DNA from: Tubiluchus corallicola
Lineage: Eukaryota > Animalia > Priapulida
Length of the DNA: 59,781 nucleotides
Assembly (NCBI GenBank): GCA_030141605.1
Contig: JAQGDQ010000965.1
Location: 15,461 to 75,241 of the forward strand
Direction of reading: 5' to 3'
Within the stretch, counting starts at the first letter, position 1, and every line of letters starts with the position of its first letter. Under the pieces are notes generated by a model. The model had not been told where the DNA came from. It ran no database searches and saw only the letters and a program-made list of their open reading frames with translations. Shown in pieces: positions 38,401 through 50,400 of the stretch. Made by a program: the position numbers and the translations under genes.

Positions 38401-41400
38401 AATAAATTAAAACATTTTGTTCTCAACGAAGACGAGCCATTAGTGAAAATTCTGTAGGTACGATGTTAAGTTTTATACCTTCTGAGGACTAATAAAGATT
38501 TTGTAGCTCAGGGCATTTACAAGTGTCACACTTTTCAGGTGCTAATTGTATTAAAAATATAGAACTATGAAGTATGTTTATTTTGTAGCTCAGGGCTTCT
38601 TCAAGTGTCACACTTTTCAGGTGCTAATTGTATTAAAAATATAGAACTATGAAGTATGTTTATTTTGTAGCTTAGGGCATTTACAAGTGTCACACTTTTC
38701 AGATGCTAATTGTATTAAAAATATAGAACTATGAAGTATGTTTATTTTATAGCTCAGGGCTTCTACAAGTGTCACACTTTTCAGATGCTAATTGTATTAA
38801 AAATATAGAACTATGAAGTATGTTTATTTTGTAGCTCAGGGCTTCTACAAGTGTCACACTTTTCAGATGCTAATTGTATTAAAAATATAGAACTATGAAG
38901 TATGTTTATTTTATAGCTCAGGGCTTCTACAAGTGTCACACTTTTCAGATGCTAATTGTATTAAAAATATAGAACTATGAAGTATGTTTATTTTGTAGCT
39001 TAGGGCATTTACAAGTGTCACACTTTTCAGATGCTAATTGTATTAAAAATATAGAACTATGAAGTATGTTTATTTTATAGCTCAGGGCTTCTTCAAGTGT
39101 CACACTTTTCAGATGCTAATTGTATTAAAAAATATAAAACTATGAAGTATGTTTATTTTGTAGCTTGGGGCATTTACAAGTGTCACACTTTTCAGATGCT
39201 AATTGTATTAAAAATATAGAACTATGAAGTATGTTTATTTTATAGCTCAGGGCTTCTTCAAGTGTCACACTTTTCAGATGCTAATTGTATTAAAAAATAT
39301 AAAGCTAAGAAGTATGTTTATTTTGTAGCTCAGGGCATTTACAAGTGTCACACTTTTCAGGTGCTAATTGTATTAAAAATATAGAACTATGAAGTATGTT
39401 TATTTTATAGCTCAGGGCTTCTTCAAGTGTCACACTTTTCAGATGCTAATTGTATTAAAAAATATAAAACTATGAAGTATGTTTATTTTGTAGCTTGGGG
39501 CATTTACAAGTGTCACACTTTTCAGATGCTAATTGTATTAAAAAATATAAAACTATGAAGTATGTTTATTTTGTAGCTCAGGGCATTTACAAGTGTCACA
39601 CTTTTCAGGTGCTAATTGTATTAAAAATATAGAACTATGAAGTATGTTTATTTTATAGCTTGGGGCATTTACAAGTGTCACACTTTTCAGATGCTAATTG
39701 TATTAAAAAATATAAAGCTATGAAGTATGTTTATTTTGTAGCTCAGGGCATTTACAAGTGTCACACTTTTCAGATGCTAATTGTATCAAAAAATATAGAA
39801 CTAAGAAGTATGTTTATTTTATATGATGTCAGAGCAATTTGATTTTTTTTTCAAATGGCGTGTAATTGCAATTTTTGTTTCCTGGCAGGCTGCTTTTACT
39901 GAACTACCTATAATTACTATTTTATATGATTTCTGTTTTCCTGTGTAGGGTGGTTACGAATACAAGAAAGCTATTGTGGACACCGTCATTAGTATTATTG
40001 ATGAAAATGTAGATGCAAAGGAAGCTGGTGAGAGTCTGTTTGATATTTTTTGTTGTGATATAAGGGATTTCATTAAATGACATGGTGTTGGTTATGACCA
40101 GTTCATGCAGTAGCAAGATTGACTGACCTGCCAGAAAAAGTCTGTTTATTTGCACAATTTAATCGTGTCAGTATTTCACGGAAGATAATTCGTTGTATAA
40201 TAATTTCTGAACAAATTACGCTGCAAGATGTATACTGTGCCTTGACCAATAGTATTAGTTGACTGTGTAATTCCTGAATTTTTTTAACACATATTTCTGC
40301 AGTGCACTAATAGTCAACATTAGAACTTTAAACAGATCAATCAGATAAACGATCAAGTTTCCCAGCTTATTTATGCTGGCTGCACTTAAGATCATTTGGC
40401 TTGAAACCTGATGGGTGTAATCAGCTTTATCAGACCAAGATTTGCTTTTGAGGGGTGGATATATGAATGTGCACTACATGAACTAGGTCATATCATAATG
40501 CAGCTAGCCGATGGTTCTAGGTGGTTGTATTAAGCAGCATGTGGAATCACAACTTATTTTTGATTGATTACGCGTTACTGACAGCCTTGCCCAAAACTGT
40601 GTGAGCCGCTCACGCAGCAAACCACACGTTGCACCGCTCACTCAGCAAGCCACACGCTGCACCACACGCAGCAAACCACATCCTGCACCACTCACGCAGC
40701 AAACCACACACTGCACCACTGTGAGCCGCTCACGCAGCAAACCACATGCTGCACCACTGTGAGCCACTTATGCAACAAACCACACACTGCACCACTGTGA
40801 GCTGCTTACGCAACAAACCACACCCTGCACCACTGTGAGCCGCTCACGCAGCAAACCACATGCTGCACCACTGTGAGCCGCTTACGCAACAAACCACACA
40901 CTGCACCACTGTGAGCTGCTTACGCAACAAACCACACCCTGCACCACTGTGAGCCGCTCACGCAGCAAACCATACCCTGTACCACTGTGAGCCGCTCACG
41001 CAACAAACCACACACTGCACCACTGTGAGCTGCTTACGCAACAAACCACACCCTGCACCACTGTGAGCCGCTCACGCAGCAAACCACATGCTGCACCACT
41101 GTGAGCCGCTCACGCAACAAACCACACACTGCACCACTGTGAGCTGCTTACGCAACAAACCACACCCTGCACCACTGTGAGCCGCTCACGCAGCAAACCA
41201 TACCCTGTACCACTGTGAGCCGCTCACGCAACAAACCACATGCTGCACCACTGTGAGCCACTCACGCAGCAAACCACACCCTGCACCACTGTGAGCCACT
41301 CACGCAGCAAACCACACGCTGCACCACTGTGAGCTGCTCACGCAGCAAACCACATGCTGCACCACTGTGAGCCACTCATGCAACAAACCACACCCTGCAC

Positions 41401-44400
41401 CACTGTGAGCCGCTCACGCAACAAACCACACCCTGCACAACTGTGAGCTGCTCACGCAGCAAACCACACGCTGCACCACCGTGAGCCACTCACGCAGCAA
41501 ATCACACGCTGCACCACTGTGAGCCGCTCACACAGCAAACCATACCCTGCACCACTGTGAGCCGTTCACGCAACAAACCACACGCTGCACCACTGTGAGC
41601 CGTTCACGCAACAAACCACACACTGCACCACTGTGAGCTGCTCACGTAGCAAACCACACCCTGCACCACTGTGAGCCGCTCACTCAGCAAACCACACCCT
41701 GCACCACTGCGAGCCACTCACGCAGCAAACCACACCCTGCACCACTGCGAGCCACTCACGCAGCAAACCACACCCTGCACCACTGTGAGCCACTCACGCA
41801 ACAAACCACACCCTGCACCACTGTTTTTATTTAATCGTGATAAGTTACCTCTGATGTGAAACTGTTGTGTTCATCTTGTAATCATTTTAATATGACAAAC
41901 TAGTTCTTTTTTGTTTCCAGAAATTTTGTAAATGCAACTTTTAGATGCATTTGCTGTTTAAAATTTTACTGCATTTGTTTGTAATAGCAAAGTTTCGTGG
42001 TAACTGTTAAACAACAGAGATGGTTAAATGACGTATTGTTTTTAGTGTTAGACTGGTTGATTGCTTTTTCATTTAGGTCTCGCGCATTTATGCGAGTTCA
42101 TTGAGGACTGCGAACACACCATTCTTGCTACAAGAATACTACATCTGCTCGGACGGGAGGGGCCTCGTACGCAGACACCTGGCAAATACATTCGCTTCAT
42201 CTATAACCGAGTGATTTTAGAAAATGCGGCCGTTCGTGCCGCGGCAGTCAGCTCACTGGCAAAATTTGGAGCCTATTCCGAAAAACTGCTACCGAGCATT
42301 TTGGTAACTGATGCATGAATAACTGAATGTGGAAATTTGAGTTTAATGATATCACCAGGCAGAGCTCTTTTTAATAAATGTCACAATTATTTCTTGATAA
42401 TTATTGTGGATGCGCCCAGTCCAGGCAAAGAAACGGCAAAAATCAGTATTGAACTGTACGATAGACCTGCAATTTAGTAAAATAACAGATCACAAAAAGT
42501 GCTTAAGAATGTGCTAAAGGTTATTACTATTTTAGACAAAATGAAAAGTTAGATTTAAGAAGACTGAAACATAAATTATTACTTTATGATTATAGAGATT
42601 TGAAGCAATTCTAACCAATTTAAACTATTAACTTATTATTAAAGTAGATGGTGACTTACATTTACTGGTGACAACTTTGGCTTGAAAATACAACTAGCGT
42701 CTGTTAGATTGTAACAAAATAGACAAAGCAATGCAAGTATCACCAAACGGCATGATCAGCATAGCGGCAACAGAAAATCTAACTACGTGTAAGAACAAGT
42801 GTGACTGATAGGTGGAGTGTACTACTAAAGCTTAGGTCACATGACTAAGGCTGGCTTTGTTTTAAACACTTTCAGGAAATGCATGTTTGTAAAAATGCGA
42901 AAAGAAAACAAATAATTATAGAATGCTAGTTTAAATTGCTTGACACCAACAATTATTATTCTGCTTCTGGAGCCGTTTTCCTACTTTAATTATATATTTG
43001 TGTACAGCGCGCACATATTCTCATTTTCTCACTGCTATTTAAAGCTACTGGTAAACAATTGTATTTCCACAGCTTATTGTTCTAATATCGTGCTATTGAT
43101 TGGTTTATGTTTGTATTTATTATTTTCTAGCAGTTTGTCAGCCTTATTTTTTTTATTTAGGTTTTGCTGAGTCGCTGTTTAATGGATACTGATGACGAGG
43201 TTCGAGACAGGGCAATATTCTATCTATCTGTTCTCAAGCAGAAGCAGAAACAGTTAAATTCTGCGTACATTCTGAATGGTATGTTTACAAGGCTTAATTG
43301 TTGTTGACGCCGTCTCCATCTACAGTTACTGCTATTCTATCAGTTCCGCTCGCATCTCGGTTTGCCGGACCTCGCTGTTTCGGATATCGGAAGAATCGGA
43401 TAAAATCTGGACCGTGAAAAAGTCAAGCATGCTACGGACGCAGTCCTTTGTTTTGCAAGCTGGCCACTAGTCGGGGCGAGCTATCGCGTTGTTTACATCA
43501 TTACATCAATGCAACCACATGTATATTGCTGTTATATAAAAATATAGAATCAATTATGCAGAGTTATTATTTCAATTACCAACAGTTTTTATGTACTTTT
43601 GCATAGGAGTGGCCTGTATTAGACGTTTTTCAGACAATTAGGAGATTGATTCTACATTACAGTGAGTCTAATACATGGCGCCTACTGTACTAACTTAGTA
43701 TCAGAAAATATGAACAGTCGGCAAATTCTGACCGACGTCTCCCCGCTTTTGTCTGGCAAACTGAGATATGAGTGCATATTGTTTGTCTTGCAGTGTACGT
43801 GCAACCATTTACCTCCATCAAATTACACAATTTCAAATTGCCTGATACTCATAATACATAAATATCAGTTCACAATTGACAATTTATCAAGTAGTTTCTG
43901 CATCTTCATATTGGTGCACTAGTAATATATATTAATGGTTGGTTGGTTGGCATCCTTCTGTCTCGGAAGACAATGAAGTGTGCGCCAAGAGAGTCAGTTA
44001 TTGATCACATTGATGGAGCTGCAGCGTCGTCTGTGGCTGAGCAATCCGATCCTTGAACGTCTCCAGGGCGCACGCCTGGGCAAGGTGTATGGAGATCCTG
44101 AGTTGTCCAGACAACAGGAACCCCCTCTTTTCCTCCCTGGTATAGTCCAAAGGAAAGCGGAGCGATACGTTTGGCACCAGGTTGGCTGCAGGAGCTGCCG
44201 GAGTCAGTGAGCATTGCTGCACTGGTCCGCCTTCGGGGCTCCACTCCTGATTTGGAAGGTTTACTCCTCTACACATGGCCGTTGGGTCACTTGACCTCCT
44301 CCGCCCTCTAGCTGTTGACTGCTTGTACAGCTCCTCCGCCTAATGTCGAGATACAGTGTGGGCATCCCGCAAGCCTACAGCACCTGGTATTCTTAGGCGC

Positions 44401-47400
44401 TCACCCATCCAAGTACTAACCAGGCTCTATGTTGCTTAACTTCGGTGATCGGACGAGAACCGGTGTTTTCAACATGATTTGGCCGTAACAGATGTTAATA
44501 ATGCCTAGGTAACAGGGTGGCTAAATGCTAAATGACTTCCCTTTATTTGCTGCTTTTTCATTCACACGTCGATGTTACTGATTTTCCTTCTGCCATTTAC
44601 TGTTAAATTAATTCAGGTTTACAAGTGTCAGTTGTTGGACTGGAGAAAGCTCTACACCATTACACACTGGAACCTTCGGAAAAGCCATTTGACATGAAGA
44701 CGGTACCTTTGTCTGCGCAGCCGCTGACCGCCGAAGTTGCCGCACCTGCTGCTCTAGCAGATGTACCTGCTGCTGCCAAACCAGCCGAAAAAGTAACCGC
44801 TACAAGACAAGATGTTTATGCAGGTATTCTAACAAAGTTTATTGATTTTTTGTAAGCTAATTTGTTTTTGTCAGGAGCAATGACAATTGATCTGATTTTA
44901 AAATGTATTCATTTTTTTAAATCTAATTTGAACCAAATAAGCAGTTTGTACGCGACATGCGTTTGACTTTGTTTTATCTGAAGAAAAATTAAAATTTCTT
45001 TCTGCTAAACCAACGTCAAAACATTAAGTAACTGGTATAATGATAATTAATAAAAATATGACATGACGAAATGTGAAAAAATGAAACTTACATCTTTGCC
45101 ACATACCGGTGACTCACTTCTTTCATATCCTAACTGTGAAATGAGGCCAATGGCCTATTTCCTACCCTAGCTCACCTGTCTAAACTAGGAAAAACACAAC
45201 ACCAGGAGGCACCACGTGCTTATATCCAAAACACAGTTGAAGTAATTATAACATGTATGTAAAACTTTGCACGGATTTTTGACATCAAAAGACTTTGTGA
45301 AAAAATGTTATATTTTCTTGTATTGACTGTTTATCTGAATCAAGTAAAGAAATAATAAAGATGAAATTATCTTTACTAATTGAAACTAAAGTTGAAAAGA
45401 AGTGCTTATTTATCGTTTATATATTATTTATTATTATATATAATTGTATTATTATTATATATTATAAGTCATAAGTCATTTATTTCACCTTACACATTTA
45501 CAATAGTTTCATGTACAATATCTAGTGAAAGGGCCTACAATGAAAGTAATACAAATAAGAAATACTGCACAGGAAAAGCCTCAAACACTGTTCACCTATA
45601 TACAAATGTAAATGTGTTGCGGGCAATCAAAAAGCAGGGCTTGTTAGATTGTCCCACACAGTGAAAGAAAAAAAGTAATGGAAATAATCTGAAAATTTAA
45701 AGTGAATCGTATGATAAAGAAAACATTAGTGCTTAAAATGGAATGATGTAATGAATGAAGCTCATATATGAGATGATATAAAAGATAGAAAGACTATTAT
45801 TTGTTAATAGTATGTAAAATTAAGATGACTTGATTAAGATAACACCACTGTTTTGCAACTACTGTGAGGATGGATACTGATAGAAATTTTGATTACTCAC
45901 TGATACTTACTTAAAATTTGATTTTTTAGCATTTTTTTAAATCTAGTAATAGATCTGCTATTTTTTGCGGATTGACAAATCTCATTCCAGACTCATTATT
46001 ATATTATTATTTAACTGTTTCAGAGCAATTAGCAGCCATACCGCAGTTCGCAAAATTAGGACCTTTGTTCAAATCGTCGAGTATGCCGGTCGAACTAACA
46101 GAATCGGAGACGGAGTACGTCGTGCACTGCGTCAAGCATACTTTCCTTGGACATTTGGTGTTTCAGGTAACTTGGCGGTTGGTTGTCGTGTCGACCAAGT
46201 CTTGCTGTTTAACACGTAGTGAAAATTATACTAATAAGCCTTGTCACGTTTCCAGTGATTGATGGTAATCGTGAAAACGTTAAAGGTAAAGTGTACGAGA
46301 TAACGCATTTCTGTACACTTGAGAATGCATTTAAGCCCATGCTTTTGTAATAGTAACCGTTTTAACAGTTAGGTAGAATCTTACCTAGTTCATTTTTTCT
46401 TGTTCCCAAGCAAGATCCTGCTAGTAAATCACTCTATGCACAGACTAATGCATAATTAAGTAAAGTCCCTGTAAAACAACTGAAGTTACTGAACTGATGC
46501 GGTAGACGGCTTTACCCAAACAAGATCCAGCTAGTAAATCACTCTACGTACAGACTAATGCATAATTAAGTAAAGCCCGCGTAAAACAACTGAAGTTACT
46601 GAACTGATGCGGTAGACGGCTTTACCCAAACAAAATCCTGCTAGTAAATCACTCTACGTACAGACTAATGCATAATTAAGTAAAGCCCGCGTAAAACAAG
46701 TGAAGTTACTGAACTGATGCCGCAGAAGGCTTAGTCTTACCCACATATCACGTGACAGTTGTAGTTAAGATGCGTTGCTGTGGTACACATTAACCTTTGA
46801 CCTACAGCAACTGTGAAAAGGCTTACTCTGGAGTTTCATTTATATCGGACAAGGTTTGTGGCTTTGCAATTACTTAATTTCGTATGGCGGCAAGTTAACT
46901 AATTGCTATGAATGTTAGCTTTCTATATAAGAGGATTTTAGTCATACAACAAAACTGCTAAGTCAGATTTTGTATTTATTCAAGGCAAATAAATTATTCC
47001 ATATGCTTCAAGGTTTTCAATTCAATTCAAAGGTTTATTTATCTCTAATATAATATTTATAGCGCAAATACAACAAATTATGTAAAGTGTGTAGAGATGG
47101 GGTGGCGAAAGACCAGGAGGTGATCGAGTCAGCCACCCCTATATAACTTAGGAATATTATAAAGCACTGCAGACTACATGGTCATCGAGTCAGCCACCCC
47201 TATATAACTTAGAAATATTATAAAGCACGGCAGACTACATGGTTAAGTGAATAAATACGTGGTTAGGTCCTAAGTGTACCAAATAAACAAAGCAGTTATA
47301 TTATAATTATACCAATGGAAAAAAGCAAGCAAATAATGCAATTAAATATTAAAACAACAACTAAACAAGTCATGAATGCAACAACAAAACAGCAAGCAAT

Positions 47401-50400
47401 CTGGTTAAATCATAAATGCAGCGAGTGAACTAAAATGCAGCAAATGAACGAAAATGTAGTTAAATAATGAATGCAAAACAAAAAAACAAAAGGAAGAAAA
47501 TTTGTGCAGTAAGTATTAAATGTAATAAATGAACAAAAGCAATCAGCAATCATAATGTGACAAATATACACAAAAAGCAAGAAACATTACTTCATTGGAA
47601 GTAACTTCAAACGTTTGCTGCATATCGTGAAATTAAAAGCGTTTTCAGACAAACAAATCTTATAACTGTACTACGTTATATAAACTAAGAGTATATTTAA
47701 GTAGGTTAATGCTCACTGTGTATCAACCATGTGTTGATTAACCCTTTCAGTCCCAAAATTATTTTTTAATAAGAAAATTTTTTTCGGCTGGCTACTTTTG
47801 TTCAGTATGTCCATCTTGTTTACACATAATAATTATTGTTTTCTACCTGTGCCCGCGTGCTAAATATAGCCTGTATCCCACGGGATACATTGGGATTCAA
47901 TGGAAGCATAAAATGTGCTTCATTTTGCAACTGCTGATAATTTATTAAAGTATTTAAGACATTTAGTATGCATGCTATGCTGATCTGTACAAAGTCGTCT
48001 CTAAAGTACTGTACCTTGCGCAGTTTTTTATGCTATGTAGATTTTCTAGTTTGCCATTTTATCACCATTTTTAGTCTCTTGTTATTGACTTAAATCAAAA
48101 TAACTATTAACAGATCAAATAACAGTTAGCTTTAAATTTTATTAATTTTAAAGACAGAAAATATTCTCGTATCCCACGGGATACAACGGGGTATGAAAGG
48201 GTTAATGGTTTTGTTTTGTTCATAATACTGAAGTATTGCACTGTTTTTAGTTTGACTGCACAAACACACTAGATGATCAGATATTGGAAAATGTTTATGT
48301 GGAAATGGAACCCTCCGATGGTTTTGATGTTGTCGCACACCTTCCCTGCACAAAACTGCTTTATAATATCCCGGGAACGACGTACACGTGCATTAAGCTG
48401 CCCGATGACCCGACTGGTGGTAGGTGATTTTGATCGTTCGGCGATTGTGTTTTAATTAAGTTGATTTTGGTGGTGCGGCAGGGCATGACTGGTCAACATA
48501 CAGTCTAGCTGTCTTTTTTTGATAAGCGAGATTGCTGCTTTATCAATATAAAGTCTAGCTGTCTATTTGATAAGTTTAATTGCTGCTTTATCAATATACA
48601 GTCTAGCTGTCTTTTTTTGATCAGCGTGTTTGGTACACGTCAGGCTGAATAAGAGTGAAAATTTTATATGCAAGAGCATTTTAAACAGTGATGCAAACTT
48701 TACTTCTGTAATTAGACGTCATTGGCGTAGTTTGTTATATCGTTAATTGTTATTTGTGTTATTGTTGTGTGTCATGATTTATTGTATTATTTGTATTAAT
48801 TTGTGATGTGTATATGAACTTTGTAAAGTTTGAAATAAAATATTAAATCAAATCAATCAAAATCAGTCAGTCAGTCAGTCGGTCAGTCACTCACTCATTC
48901 ATTCTTTTATTCATTCACTCATTCATTCACTCACTCATTCATTCATTCAGTCACTGAGTCAGTCAGTAAGTCAGAACGTCATTGGCGTAGTCTGTTACAT
49001 CGTTAATTGTTATTTGTGTTATTGTTGTGTGTCATGATTTATTGTATTATTTGTATTAATTTGTGACGTGTATATGAACTTTGTGAAGTTTGAAATAAAA
49101 TATTAAATCTAAACAAATCTATATTTGGAGTAAAAATTGTTTTTCAAATGCATTGTTAAGAAGACTTTGTACACAATTAGTAAAATAAACTTTATAATGA
49201 TTTTTCGTCTCTTACTAACTAATGTCTGCTTCTGTTCTCATGATTCACATTTGTTTATTTCAGTGACGGGATCATTTACAAATACACTGAAGTACATAGT
49301 GAAGGACTGCGATCCCAACACAGGAGAACCGGACGACGAAGGTTATGAGGATGAATATGTGGTGAGTTAGAACAATGTAAATCCATCAATAATTCACTGT
49401 GACTTCTCGTAAAATTCTGTCTTTCTTGTTAATTTTTAAAGGAAGACTCGATGATTTTTCACATACTACCCCATTTTCAAGTCCGATGAAAAGTATACAT
49501 TTTAACACAATTAATACTGCAAAAGTGTTTTTGATAATTAAATAATGGATTAAAAACTTAATTAACGCTGGGCGAACTATTGATAACGTCACAAACTAAA
49601 CGCTCACGCAAGAGCTGTCGAACGTGTGTAGTTCGTCACAAACTAACACATCTGAACTGAGAGGTACAGCACCTGTTTTTGTGCAATGTGTTTCCAAAAT
49701 GCAGGCGCTAGTGCTGGCACCATTTTGACAAGAGAGGAAATCCATAATAGGGGCTTTTTAGTGTAGCGAGACTGCAATTAATACTTTTTCTAGTAATACT
49801 CAACTAGAATAATATTCGCTGCCTCACAGTTTATGTTTCCGGATGTAATTATTAACGAATTACTGTTGATTATTTACTAACAATTGCTGCCATTCTGCAT
49901 TTGTAGTTGGAGGACATTGAAGTGCTCGTTGCGGATCACGTTCAACGCGTGATGAAGCCAAACTTTGCTGCAGCCTGGGAAGAAATTGGAGGTGATAACG
50001 AAGTCGAGGAAACGTATGCGTTATCATCAATGAAAACATTAGAAGGTGCGTTAATCAAGTGCTTGAATTTTGAATTTTTTAACTCGTGATTTTATTTGGG
50101 TTTTACACGTCAAATGTAGACACGGGAAAGTTCAAATGTGACTTAGGTAAGTCAAATGTAGACATGGGAAAGTTCAAGTGTGACTTAGGTAAGTCAAATG
50201 TAGACGTAGGAATTTCGAATGTGTTTTGGTAACTCAAATGTGACTTGGGTAAGTCAAATGTAGATGCGGTACTTTAAATAAATCGGTAATTAACTCATTT
50301 AAGTGCAAATTACAAAAAGATAAACCAAATGTACATCTATTAGTGAACCTATAACGTTGTTATTTTAACTTAAGAGTAATTATTAAATTGAAATTAAAGA

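Noticed and set aside
38501-41823. CRISPR-like arrays
   Set aside because: The units are contiguous with no unique spacers, there are no cas genes, and the context is eukaryotic introns.
40598-41823. Similarity of TGTGAGCCGCTCAC to the symmetric lac operator, suggesting vector contamination
   Set aside because: It lacks the AATT flanks, has different spacing, shows natural unit variation and is embedded in a continuous host intron.
44371-44490. Functional 5S rRNA gene
   Set aside because: It is a single intronic copy with no oligo-T terminator, apparent substitutions in stems, and a direct fusion to a retroelement body.
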